Assembly: GCF_020745735.1 (NCBI RefSeq)
Contig: NC_083419.1
Coordinates: 28,542,085-28,606,084 of the forward strand
Direction: 5' to 3'
Origin: Hemiscyllium ocellatum
Lineage: Eukaryota
DNA: 64,000 bases
The notes under the pieces were generated by a model that saw nothing but the letters and a program-made list of their open reading frames with translations, was not told the origin of the DNA and did no database searches. Below, in pieces: positions 12,846-26,500 of the stretch. The translations under genes and the position numbers were made by a program. Position 1 is the first letter of the stretch. Every line of letters begins with the position of its first letter.

Positions 12846-13212
12846 TGCTTGACTATACTTCACATAAAAAGTGTGTTTGGGTGAATGTGACATCAAAGAA
12901 CTGAAGTAAAAGTGAAGTAAATAGGTATTAAGCAGAATATTCCACTAGTTGCAGTTATATCTACCACAAAAGAAAATGATTACAACTGCCAGAAACTGTT
13001 CAGGCTAAGGACCACAAATAGCGATATTCTGCTTTGTGTTGAAAATATGCAAGTTCAATAGCGGCCATGCAATAACCAACCCCAAGGAAAGAGTGTCTAA
13101 CCACTTCTCTTTGGCATCCTGTGGCATGGTCATCATTAAATTCTCAACTATCAACATCTTAGGAAGTCAACCATTGACCTGAACCTTAACTAACTGCATA
13201 AGTAATATCTTC

Positions 13213-13441
13213 GAGGAAAAAGTGAGGTCTGCAGATGCTGGAGATCAGAGCTGAAAATGTGTTGCTGGAAAAGCGCAGCAGGTCAGGCAGCATCCAAGGA
13301 ACAGGAAATTCGATGTTTCGGGCATAAGCCCTTCATCAGGAAGCTGATTCCTGGTGAAGGGCTTATGCCTGAAACGTCGTATTTCCTGTTCCTTGGATGC
13401 TGCCTGACCTGCTGCGCTTTTCCAGCAACACATTTTCAGCG
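13213..13441. mobile_element. Palindromic Penelope-derived mini-element
   Basis: ~95-bp inverted arms; TSD CTGCATAAGTAATAT (13194-13208 / 13442-13456). Confidence 0.85.
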
Positions 13442-13795
13442 CTGCATAAGTAATATGGCTACAAGAGCAATGCTGAGGTTTTCTATGTTGATCCACCTCC
13501 TAATTTGTCAAAATCTTTTGCAGATGGTAGAAAGACATGCCAGAACTAGAATGGAAAGCACTTCACTTGCCTGGAAGGTGCTGTTCCAGCAACACAAAGT
13601 CCCACTTTAGACAAAGAAGCCTATCACTTTAAACAATCATTCTTCCATCCACAGTGCACCCTGGGTACAAGATGCATTGCAACAATTCACCAAGGCTCAA
13701 AAACATTATAAAAACAACAGCAGCAAAAGTATGGAAAAAAAAATGACCTACAAAGTCCCATCCAAGTCACACACCAACACAACTGACATATATTG

Positions 13796-13921
13796 TTAAA
13801 AATCACACAACACCAGGTTATAGTCCAACAGGTTTAATTGGAAGCACACTAGCTTTCGAAGCAACGCTCCTTCATCAGGTGATTGTCATCACCCCAGTCC
13901 AACACTGGCATCTCCAAATCA
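13796..13921 (-). mobile_element. Short Penelope-type terminal element with an intact hammerhead core
   Basis: Same family as 6223-6388; flanking TGACATATATTGT duplication. Confidence 0.75.
13847..13881 (-). ncRNA. Minimal type I hammerhead ribozyme motif
   Basis: CAC CTGATGA A GGAGC GTT GCTTC GAAA GCTA GTG: both core boxes, helix I (CAC/GTG), helix II, palindromic AGCT helix III. Confidence 0.65.
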
Positions 13922-14322
13922 TGACATATATTGTAATTGCTTCATTTTAACTGGATCAAAATCCTCAATCTCTTTCCTTAAAACTATAGTTACTTTCACA
14001 ATATAGATTTCAGTAATTCAAGAAGGTGCTTCACCAACATCATCCAAAGAATAATTGGAAATGAGTAATAAATGTTGGCTTCACTAGAAGCTTCCACATC
14101 CCATTTATGATTTTTTTTTAAAAAGAATTCATTGAAAATGCTGCAGACAAGATTTACAAACAGTAATTTAATATTCTCCATAGAAATTAGCTTATTTTAA
14201 ATATCAATGTAATGTAAAGCAAAATACTGGTAATCAACTTGACTTAGATCACAGCTCAAAAGAATAGGCCAATATAAAAACAAACATATTTTAAATAACA
14301 AAAACATTGGGAAAAGTCAACA

Positions 14323-14387
14323 TTTATTTTATACCAAAGAGATATTCATATTCAAAGTTGAAGTGGATTGATAGCTCATGTTTTATT
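14323..14387 (-). terminator. Candidate MDM1 polyadenylation signals (AATAAA at 14387-14382 and 14328-14323)
   Basis: Two AATAAA hexamers 70-140 nt after the stop codon on the minus strand. Confidence 0.5.
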
Positions 14388-14459
14388 TCAAAAATGTTAA
14401 AACCTTAACAAAACCTAACAGGTCCTTCCATGAAAAAGAACAATTTAAAAAAGTTTAGT

Positions 14460-14575
14460 TCATGAATTTTTGCCCCAGAAATTCTCTCTTCTTTTCTGAG
14501 CACGCTCAAGGACTTGAGTGGCAAGTGAGCTGGATGCTGCTGATCGTGCAGAAATCTGTGACATTCGATCGTCTT
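14460..14575 (-). CDS. MDM1: MDM1 last coding exon ([16 protein letters not shown]...RENFWGKNS*)
   Basis: Polypyrimidine-TTTCAG acceptor; conserved MDM1 C-terminus; TGA at 14462-14460. Confidence 0.95.
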
Positions 14576-17500
14576 CTGAAAGAGAGAATAAGATGGGATT
14601 GAAGCATAGTTATTAAATTATTGTAAAAGTTTTGTAACAACAATTCATATCACATATTTGTACAAAATAGGAGAATCTGGATTTTAATTGGCACTCAGCC
14701 TGAGTTAAAGTGCTGTATCTCAGTGTCAGAGAAACTCAGCAGGTTTGGCAGCACCTGTTAAGGGAGACACAAAGTGATCATCGAATCTAATGACTTCTTC
14801 AATTCTGGTTAGAACATTAACATGCAGAAATGTTAAGTTTCCCTCTTCACAAGGCTGTCAGACTTGCTGGATTTTTCCAGCACTTTGTTTTGTTTGAACT
14901 CTTCAGCATTTGCAGTACTTTGCTCTTAACTCTGTGTTACCAGGCTGCACTAATTTTAATTATTCGAACGTGGGTTAGAATCATAATCTGGGATAAAAAA
15001 CATCCAGAATGTAATAGGCTAACAGAGTATATGGAGGAGGATGGGAGCAGGTTAATGTGGTATATAAAAACAGGATACAACATTTGGGCTGAATGGCCCG
15101 TTTGTACTGTACATTTTATGGAACTTTGGTCTCTGCTCTTTTCCATCTTCCCAAATTGAAAAATCTATTAGTCTACAAGAAATCTAATCTCTTTCAAACT
15201 TATTCCTCCTCCTTTTTCTGAGGTGGCATTGGTTTAGGCTAGAGTCATTCCACTGGACTAATCAAAATACAATCTGAACAAAAGCTAATATCAAAAACAC
15301 ATATGAAGAAAGACGTGGTTTAAATATGACAGTGAACAAACATCAATATTTTGAGCTTTTACTTTGGAGTTGCAGAAATTGACAAAATGTATTTAGATTG
15401 CATTCGCAAGACAGTGCTTGCTATCTACAGCAGTGAATGCATTTCTGCTTTCTTATAGACATCAGTCGGTCAAACAGGAAATATCTTCACTGTATTTCAG
15501 CTTCCTTAAATATGATAGTAACGTCAATTGATCTGCTTTAACAGTTGACAGCAGAAGAATAAACACTTCACTAGATCATGAATTCAGTTTAAAGACAATC
15601 AGATTTATTAAACAATAAATGGTTAAATGAGCAGATGAAACTATACATTAGGCATTTATCTAATGTTTAACCTACAGCTATCATTCCTTACAATGCAAAA
15701 ATATTTGTTGGGTGTACCAAAACGTATAATGCTATTTGTTTTTCAAACTGCTCTTTATCAAGTTAACTCATCTTTATGTTTCATCTTTCCTGTACCTTGA
15801 CTTCTGTAATTAACCATTTCCTCCCCAGTTTATTTGAATATGGTTAATAGTCAGAAATAAAAGTTATAAAACAACTTAAACTGCTAGACAATGACAACTT
15901 TGCTCAAATAACATTAAACTGTTCTTTGAGTTATAATTAACAATTCAATAAGATGGGACGGCATGGTACTGGTTTACAGGAGGCAACTTAATTTTGTTTT
16001 AACTTTAAAATCTTCAAATTACCATTATCAGCAGCAACTGGGTCTGTTGGTGGTATCCTCAGCAGACTTGCCCTTAGTCCTCCGGTATTGCCTTTATGGG
16101 AAGTTGTAAAATAAGTTATTATTGATTCTTAGTTGTGATACAGAATTATTAGATACAGTTGTACCAAGCTTGTTAAACCCCCATAATCCTTCTTTACACT
16201 TTCTTGAAACATTTTAATGCTAACACACTACAATTCCAAACAAATTTCTAACATGGAAAAACCATACAGGACAATTGTACTCAATTCACTACTGTATCAG
16301 GAGCTGCAACCCGCATATCACATTTAGCATCAAAATTCACTAACCAGGCACTGTGTAAATTTGACAAGTTAAGAATGATTAGATAGCTACCTACATTGAA
16401 CCAAGGAACTGAAAATTCCAACTAGCATAAGGAAAAGGCCATAGTAGTTTAGAAAGGTTTAAATATCTCTAGAAAGCTATAATTTTACTTTTCTAATTTT
16501 GTTTCTATGTTTCAATAAAATTATGTATCTTTAATCAGCTTGTCCTGCTGCCTTTTAAAGATTTCTATACATGTACCCCATGGCACCTCTGTTCCTGCAT
16601 GTGGTTTAAAATTATGCCATTTTGTATTAAATGTCATTTGTCACATGTCGCCCAGTTCACCAACCTGTCTGTGTTCTCCTAAACACTGATTAATATGTTG
16701 ATTACCATTATGTTGGAACTCCGGATGTCTAAGAGTTCCTTGTATCCGATGAGGGCAGTTCTGAGATGGCAAAACAGTGACTGAAGCAGATTTTGCATTA
16801 ACAGTGGGATGAAATTTCAACGATGTTAAAATAGAAGGTTCAGACTTTGCATGAGATGGGCTGTTGAGATTTGCAGATCTGTATTCTTCCCTCATAGGAA
16901 TGGGATCAGAAGTCTTAACGCCTGCAGTAGGGGACTGCTGGAGTGATTCAGTCTAAAAAGTACAGAATAATATGCATTACTCAAATAATTTAAGTACAAT
17001 ACTGCAAAGATTACAAAACTATCTGGTAAATCAGCTTCATCTAGTGATTTAGTGGGTAAGTGAAGCCACGTAAGACAAAATTTCAGGTTCCAGTGTAGGG
17101 CTGCACTAAGTTATCTGAATTCAGCCTAGGCAGTAGTGGGGGTACCATAATAACTTAATGGCTAAGCAGGAGGGAAATCATCTAGGATTCCAACTCTGAT
17201 TACAGTTGAATAATTCTACGATATTGCTCTAGTGAGACTCAACATGGACTCGACAGACTGATTAGCCTTCTTTATTCCTATAAAGACTCTGGAACCCTTG
17301 TTGGAAAGTTTAGAAATGTTTAAAATAAACTGAGCTTGGCTATGACGTAGTCTGGAGTCAAATAACTGAACAGATAATGGTATCTCAATTTAGGAAATAG
17401 GCGCTCAAGTTATATATCCCAAACTTGAGGATGCTAGTTTCTTTTCTCTCCAATGCATCCCAAGATGCTTGTGTTTTAATTTATTTGTTAAAGCATACTT

Positions 17501-20500
17501 ATTTACACGAATCTAGTGTGCCACTTTCTAAATAAAACTATTTTCCCTAATCAAAGTGCAGGCAAATCAATTCAATCTCACTCACTAGCACGCCACCCGA
17601 GACCAGCTGATTGGTCAGAAATAGATTGAATTTCAGGCCTGCTGTATTGCACAACGCAAGTTGGTCAAGAAATACCTTTGCTAATGGGAACCAAGATATC
17701 TCTCATAAAAGTTCTGTACCTTTTTCAGTATTTTGCTTGGTGATTCTGATAAATATTTATAGGGCGAATATGATTTTCCCAATGGAGGCTCTCTCCTTCT
17801 GCAATGGGATGGTGGCAATCTGACTTTAGAAGGAGAAACTAAAACAGCACCCCCTGGTGGAGAAAAATTAAGATTAGGATGTAACAATTATTACGTGGTT
17901 AGACTTAGACTTAGACTTACAGTGTGGAAACAGGCCCTTCGGCCCAACAAGTCCACACCGACCCGCCGAAGCGCAACCCACCCATACCCCTACATTTACC
18001 CCTTACCTAACACTATGGGCAATTTAGCTTGGACAATTCACCTGACCCGCACATCTTTGTGACTGTGGGAGGAAACCGGAGCACCCGGAGGAAACCCACG
18101 CAGACACGGGGAGAACGTACAAACTCCACACAGTCAGTCGCCTGAGTTGGGAATTGAACCCGGGTCTACAGGCGCTGTGAGGCAGCAGTGCTAACCACTG
18201 TGCCACCGTGCCGCCGTGCCGCCCAGTCTAAATGGATTTGTAGAGGAGATTCAGGCTGTTGTATACCATCCCTGTCCTTCCACTTACACATACCACCTAC
18301 AATTTCAGCAGTAAAAGCTCACAAAACTTTTAAATTACAATTACCTTGAAGTATACATTTTGTTCAAAAAAATTATATAATCCTTTTGAAGGCTGCATAG
18401 GCTGTATTAACTGATCACTTTTTCCAGACCTATGTAAAATTGGTTATTGTTCTGCAACAGTTGGTTTGCTGCAATTTTAAACATTCTTGTTTTCCGTATC
18501 TCCAGTTTACTACATTGCTGGCTTTCTGCATACTGTGAATAACTGATACAACCCACAGTCGTAAAAAAAATTAAACCTTTTTGATTACCTTGATGTGTTA
18601 CAGAATGTATGGAAATTTTCATTTGAGTTCAGGTTTTAATAACTCATAATTACATTAATTTTTCTTTGCAAACTTATTTATTCTTGAAGCACTCAGCCCT
18701 TCTCTCCTTCTGGTCTACATTTCTGATTATTCTGGCATCTTCCCACATCTTGATTTAATTTCTGCTTATTCTCTAGATGGTGGGAATTAAGAATCCCACT
18801 AATAAAATTAAATTTATTCATTAAACTGAGCCATGGTTAATTAATGCCAGTCAGTATGAATATATTTACTTTCCATACCGTAATGCTGAGCAGCAAGAAA
18901 CACATACATGGTGCAGCTGGAATAAACAAAGAGGGGAGCAATTTGGGGTAAACAGGAGAAAAAAGGTGCAACAGGGAAAGCTAGAACATATTTTATAATG
19001 GATTTCTCCAAAACAGTACACAAAGCTGCCTTCTAATCTAGTAAAAAGTACATGTCAAAACTCTTATTACAATTATTAATTTCCACAACTTTTGAAATCG
19101 CACTTAAGGGTAACAAAAAAAAAAGCTGAATCTCTACAATTATTATAGACAAATGCTATTTGTACCAAATTAAGAAATGCTTATACCAATAGCTGGTGTG
19201 GTCAGATCATGATGTGTTCTCAGCGTTCCACCCGTTGACTTAAGTTTTGGTGTAGGCAGCCTCCCACCTGCATCAGAATCAAGCTCAGAATGTCCATTTG
19301 ATTCTGAATTTACTGTTGCGTCACCTCGTACTTTTACAGGGACAGGATCACTAGAAATTTAATTAAATTAATATTATTCCATTCTTACAGCAATTAGTTA
19401 ATTCGGTTGAAGAAAAAAGGATCTTGTGCAGAAGAAAATTAAACTGTACAAATAATCAGCTTTCTAAAATGGTGCAGAAAGCAAAGTTTGTGAGAAGATT
19501 TGTAGCTCGGGTGCTCGTTGTTGTGGTTCTGTTCGCCGAGCTGGGAGTTTTTGTTGCAAACGTTTCGTCCCCTTTCTAGGTGACATCCTCAGTGCTTGGG
19601 AGCCTCCTGTGCAGTGCTTCTGTGCTGATTCCTCTGGCATTTATACTGGTTTGAATCTGCCGCTTCCGGTTGTCAGTTGCTGTCCGCTGCAGTGGCTGGT
19701 ATATAGGGTCTAGGTCGATGTGTCTGTTGATAGAATTTGTGGATGAGTGCCATGCCTCTAGGAATTCCCTGGCTGTTCACTATTTGGCTTGCCCTATAAT
19801 AGTGGTGTTGTCCCAATCGAATTCATGTTGTTTGTCATCTGAGTGTATGGCTACTAAGGATAGCTGGTCGTGTCGTTTCGTGGCTAGTTGGTGTTCATGG
19901 ATGCGGGTTGTTAGCTGTCTTCGTGTTTGTCCTATGTAGTGTTTTGTGCAGTCCTCGCATGGGATTTTGTACACTACGTTGGTTTTGCTCATGCTGGGTA
20001 TCGGGTCCTTTGTCCTGGTGAGTTGTTGTCTGAGCGTGGCTATTGGTTTGTGTGCTGTTATGAGTCCTAGTGGTCGCAGCAGTCTGGCTGTCAGTTCAGA
20101 AGTACTCCTGATGTATGGTAGTGTGGCCAGTCCTTTGGGTTGTGGCATGTCCTCATTTCGTTGTCTTTCCCTTAGGCATCTGTTGATGAAATTGCGCGGG
20201 TATCCGTTTTTGGTGAATACCTTGTATAGGTGTTCTTCTTCCTCTTTTTGTAGTTCTGGTGTGCTGCAGTGTGTTGTGGCCCTTTTGAATAATGTCCTGA
20301 TGCAACTTCGTTTGTGTGTGTTGGGATGATTGCTTTCATAGTTCAGGACTTGGTCTGTATGGGTGGCTTTTCTGTATACCTTCGTGGTGAATTCTCCGTT
20401 CGGTGTTCTCTATACCATCACGTCTAGAAATGGGAGCTGGTTGTCCTTTTCATCCTCTCTCGTGAATCGATTCCTGTGAGTGTAGCATTGATTATCCGGT

Positions 20501-23500
20501 GTGTGTTCTCTATTTCTGTGTTTTTAATGATTACAAAGGTGTCGTCCACGTATCTGACCCATAGTTTGGGTTGTATTTGCGTTAAAACTGTTTTTTCTAA
20601 CCTTTGCACTACTGCTCCTGCTATGGGTCTGGAGATCGGTGAGCCCATGGGTGTTCCGTTGATTTGTTCATATATCTGGTTGTTGAATGAACATAGAACA
20701 TAGAACAATACAGCACAGAACAGGCCCTCGGCCCACGATGTTGTGCCAAACATCTATCCTAGATTAAGCACCCATCCATGTACCTATCCAATTGCCACTT
20801 AAAGGTCGTCAATGATTCTGACTCTACCACTGCCACGGGCAGCGCATTCCATGCCCCCACCACTCTCTGGATAAAGAACCCACCCCTGACATCTCCCCTA
20901 TACCTTCCACCCTTCACCTTAAATTTATGTCCCCTTGTAATACTCTGTTGTACCCGGGGAAAAAGTTTCTGACTGTACTCTATCTATTCCTCTGATCATC
21001 TTATAAACCTCTACCAAGTCACCCCTCATCCTTCGCTGTTCCAACGAGAAAAGGCCGAGAACTCTCAACCTGTCCTCGTACGACCTATTCTCCATTCCAG
21101 GCAACATCCTGGTAAATCTTCTCTGCACCCTCTCCAAAGCTTCCACATCTTTCCTAAAGTGAGGCGACCAGAACTGCACACAGTACTCCAAATGTGGCCT
21201 AACCAAAGTCCTGTACAGCTGCAACATCACTTCACGACTCTTGAATTCAATCCCTCTGCTAATGAACGCTAATACACCATAGGCCTTCTTACAAGCTCTA
21301 TCCACCTGAGTGGCAACTTTCAAAGATCTATGTACATAGACCCCAAGATCCCTCTGTTCCTCCACCTGACTAAGAACTCTACCGTTAACCCTGTATTCCG
21401 CATTCTTATTTGTTCTTCCAAAATGGACAACCTCACACTTAACAGGGTTGAACTCCATCTGAATGTGAAGTGTGTTGTGAGGCACAGGTCCAGTAGTTTA
21501 AGTATGCCGTCTTTGTAAATAGGTTCAACGTCCTGTTGTCTATTATGTATGTCCAGCAGTTGGATATTGTTTCTCTGGCTAGGGTTTTGTCAATAGAGGT
21601 GAACAGTGCTGTTACATCGAATGAGACCATGGTTTCTTCCTTGTCTATGTGTACATTTCTGATGATGTCTGAAGACAGCTAACAACCTGCATCCATGAAC
21701 ACCAACTAGCCACAAAACGACACGACCAGCTATCCTTAGTAGCCATACACTCAGATGACAAACAACATGAATTCGATTGGGAAGACACCACTATTATAGG
21801 GTAAGCCAAACAGAGAACAGCCAGGGAATTCCTAGAGGCATGGCACTCATCCACAAATTCTATCAACAGACACATCGACCTAGACCCTATATACAGGCCA
21901 CTGCAGCGGACAGTAACTGACAACCGGAAGCAGCAGATTCAAACCACTATAAATGCCGGAGGAATCAGCACAGAAGCGCTGCACAGGAGGCTCCCAAGCA
22001 CTGAGGATGTCACCTAGAAAGGGGACGAAACGTTTGCAACAAAAACTCCCAGCTCGGCGAACAGAACCACAACAACGGTGCAGAAAGCAGCTACGAAAGA
22101 AAGTTTCTATTGAGCAGACAATTCATTTAAAGCACCACTTGTGCCAGCTAAGTTTTATTTCTGTAAAAGTTTAAATTTAAAGTGAAATGGGGACTATTCA
22201 CACTTTGAGATTTATCCAAAATCCCACAGATAAACTTTTTATTCACCCCTCAAGTACATGTAGAAAACATAGAAAATTACAGGTCTACACTAGATCAGCA
22301 GTACAGTTACAACACAGTACAGAGAAGATAGAACGTACAACAATACAGCACAGTACAGGCCCTTCAGCCCTTAATATTGTCCCAATCTTATATCCTATTC
22401 TAAAGATTAAACTAACCAACATACCCTTCATTGTACTAATTTCCATGTGCTTATCCAAGAGCAGTTAACAATTATTATAAATAGTTCTAACATGGGGAAA
22501 TAAAGACAAAATTTAAGGACTGCTCATTACCTATACATTTGAAAGGGGTCAAAATGAGTATTGACTATATAAAAGGCTGTGATAAAATTTCATTTGTAAG
22601 TTTTGGGACTCATTTTAATACACATTCCCAAATAACCCCTTCTCCAGTTAATACATCAATACCTTTCAATAACTGTTTCCACTTCTGCATTTCTCTCAAC
22701 CTCAACTTCCTTCTCAGCTTCATCATTTTGGCTTTGGTTGCCTTCTGGTAGTTCTGGTGCACATGGCTTCTCTTCCTCATCATTCCATGCCAATTTCCTG
22801 CTGACTGGAAGGGTAGGAACATCTAACATACTATTGTCTCCTATACCATTATATTTTGCTCTGGCTTTCTCTGGTGATGCTTGTGCTGCAGAATCAGACT
22901 GCAGTTCTTGTTTTGTTATGCTGGAAGTATTTGGTATTTCTGTTGTTCTAAAAATATTAAACAAATATCCTCTAAGCCAGCAATATTGAGATATGTGTAC
23001 ATCATTTAACTGGAAAGACTTACAGCAATATTTACATGTGATTCATGAAATGTATTAGATTCAACAAAGCCACTAATTGTATAAATAAGAGCATTTAACA
23101 TTAGACAATTTTGAAAATTATTCAAAATTACATATGCAAACTCTTAGTGCTGCAGAAGAAAGCATTGTGGGGCTCTAAATATGATGGATAAATTTTAATC
23201 CACACTTGCTATTGTAAGTGAAAATATGACTGCTGCCAAAGGGTTTCGACTACTTCCTGCTGCGACAGCATATGTTAAAAATAAGTTCCAAAATATGTAC
23301 TAATCTACTGATTCATACTTGCAATTATTTTATACACACAATCAAATACAGAAACTGCTCGAAAGGCTCACCGGGCTGGCAGCATCCATTAAGAAATCAG
23401 AGCTAACGTTTTGGGTGGAGCGACCCTTCCTCAGAAGGTTCTGCTGAGTTTTTCCAGCGGTTTCTGTTTTTGTTTGATTTCCACCATCCACAGTTCTTTT

Positions 23501-26500
23501 GGTTCAATTAGTTTATGCATGTTTATTTGTTATTAATCTATACCTTGCAAGGTCCAGAGTTTCGACATTGTCACTGACTGTTTCTTCAGTATCAGATGAG
23601 GAGGAGACCTCCCACAACCTATTTTGTTCTGACAAAATTTGGGTGAGATGATCCCTGGAGAAGTGAGTGCCCAGTGCTCTCCTTTTATATGCTTCTGCTT
23701 TTTCTCTAAGTTCTTTCACCTGTGACAGCAGAGCAGAAGGATAAAAATAAACCTACAGCAGCTTTGATCAGTCTTTCCATAAAATTGTTCAATTCCTGTT
23801 ATGGTCAACATTGTGTAATTTGAAAAGCTAGTTAAAGATAAGAGATCTTTCTGCTCTAAATATATAAAACAGTTGCTGTTCTTACATCTTCAAAACTGCA
23901 AACAATGGTAAAGAACAACACTAGCATAGTAAAGTAGTTGCTAATTATAACTACTTAAAGAAAAAGTTCACTTTGCTAAGTATGCATTTATTAAAACCAG
24001 AACATGCATGGAAAGTACAATCTAAAAACTAACCTCAGCATACCAATAAGAATTTAGGTTATTTTCAGTACCCTACAGAGAAAGAAGGTAGAAATAATTT
24101 GTAAATAGTTTGCTTTTGAAAATCTAATAGCATTAAATGTATTCTAAATTGAAATTAGTGAAACATCAATAATTTGCTGCAAGCATTGGCTGAGGAATTG
24201 TATCATGGTACAAAAGCGCCCCCTGGAGTGTCCTATAAAAATGTTTTAAAAATATAACTGGATGAATATACAAATCTTCAAAAGAAGATCATTTCAATTA
24301 CCACAGATATCATTGAGGTATTGGATTCAGTTAGGCTACTTTCAAATTAACTATCCTGTTTAAAGGGGTCCCAATAAACTTTAGGAGTGTTAAAAGCAAG
24401 TATTGGCATTAGTTCGGTGATCCATTATTCACCTACCCCTTCAGATCGGTATGCTCCTCTACTGTAGTCATATTGACAAGGAGGCCTAAACTTAGTCTTG
24501 TATTCAGACTTAATTTTTCTGGAAAAAAGAAGATGCAAATTGTAACTTTTGCAAATGTGAATGTGGCAAATCATACCTCATAATTAAATTGCACATTTTA
24601 AGCATACAAAGATTGTACCTAAGCCCTTTGCGTGAGCAGATGGGTTTATGCGGATTCTGGTGCTTTAGAAGCTGTTTATCTTGAGGTTGTTGTTCCTTAG
24701 TCTCCTGTCCCTGGTCTTTTGAGGTGGATTCTGTTGACTTAGGATGAACAGTCTTCAGCTTATTATATTGAATAAATTAAAACTCAAAACCCCCTCCCAG
24801 CATGCAACAATGAATGTAACACAATGAATGTAACAATGAATGCATTTTTCACAAGTTCTCGCCAAAGAAAAATTATACTCCTTTAATTATGATACTGCTT
24901 TCATTATTGTATAAAATGATTATTTTATACAATAAAATGGAAAAAAAAACAAAAATTGAATCTTTAAGAATAAAAATAAGAATAGAAAGAAACAATATTT
25001 AAGGTAATTTTCAATTATATTTGATATATTTCTGACATCATTTTGAAAACAGGTACAAAGATTAGATACTTCAGGTGACTATTTAATCTGGCCTGAACTG
25101 TGCACTGATGAACAACATGCTAGAGCAGGGAGTGTAATACCTTGTGATAACGTGAACTCATGACCTGTTAAGAGAATTGATATCCTTGCAGAATCATCTA
25201 AAACCATCTACAGAAATCTGAAAGCCGATTCCTTGTCAACCTTTTCTGCTGAAGACGGTTGACAAAAAGCATCAACAAGAGGGTGAGACATTTTGATACA
25301 TGTTCAGCAGGTCGCAACTAAACTACCGTTTTTCCTTGACCATAAACAGAAAAACTGAGCAAACAACATCCAATTACCTTTACTGGAGACAGATTTTCTT
25401 GCTCAAATGCTAAAGCTTCTTTTCCTTCAAAGTCTTTACGGAAACGCAATCCTTTAGGTGGCTGCATACCTTTAAACTGACTTGAATATTCAGTTTCACT
25501 GAGCATCTTACTGAATTTAAATGGATGCACATGCTTATTTCTGGAGTGAAAAATCTAGAGAAAGGGACAATATTTCTTAATGTTATGAATAATAAAGATG
25601 ATACCCTTTAAAGGAAACTTCCTACTGCAATCCCTCCTTGTTGTATGATATAGACCATACTAACTTGAACAAGGAGCTAGAGACAGAAATATTAACAAAG
25701 TATTAATTTTGATCATCTAATATGAATTAAGGAGAGACGGTGGCATAGTGGTAATGTAATTGGACTAGTAATCCTGAACCCCAGACAGAAGCTCTAAGCA
25801 CATGAGTTCAATTCTCACCAAGGCAGATGGTGAAATTCTGGAATAAAGTGCAGTGGTGACCACGTGACCACTCAATCGTTGTTAAAACCATCTGGATCAC
25901 TAACATCCTTTAGAAAAGGAAATCTGGCATCCTTATCCAGGTGGGCCTACATGCAATCAGTTGACTCTTATCTACCCTCTGGGCAATTAATACTGGCCCA
26001 GCCTCTCATTCTATAAATGAATACAAAATAAAATAGCAGGTTAATAAACTCAATGTCTTTTGTTTACACAGATATATTTATTGGAATTACAATTTGAAAA
26101 TAATATTTTCTAAACTATCCCCCATTCTCACTACAGGTACTGCTGCAATAACATCGTCGTTGCGTCCCAGCGGAACCTCGCTTAACAGAAAATCACTTAA
26201 TAAAAATAATGGGGCCTATGGGAAAAGTGAGGTTAGGGGCAGACCAGCAAAAACAAAAATCACAATTGATTGATTGATCAAAAATCACCAAAAGACTAAT
26301 GCAAAGAATAGCACAGCCTGAATGAAGGTTAAAATCACATTTTTTTAACATAACAAAACAAAAGCAAATTTAACACAACACATTTAAAAAATGTAAGAAA
26401 GCTGCTCTCTGTACAGTACCTCTTACAGAAAGTTGCTCTGTCGGCAGCTGACATTAGCGCATGCACAGAACAGCACACAGACTTCGGCGCATGTGCAAAA

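Larger units (their letters stand above)
19484..22076 (-). mobile_element. Penelope-like element (RT + GIY-YIG) with inverted 3' end, interrupted by CR1
   Basis: Minus-strand [26 protein letters not shown] and [13 protein letters not shown]. 21670-22076 is an inverted copy of the 3' end. 13-bp TSD GGTGCAGAAAGCA (19471-19483 / 22077-22089). Confidence 0.92.
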
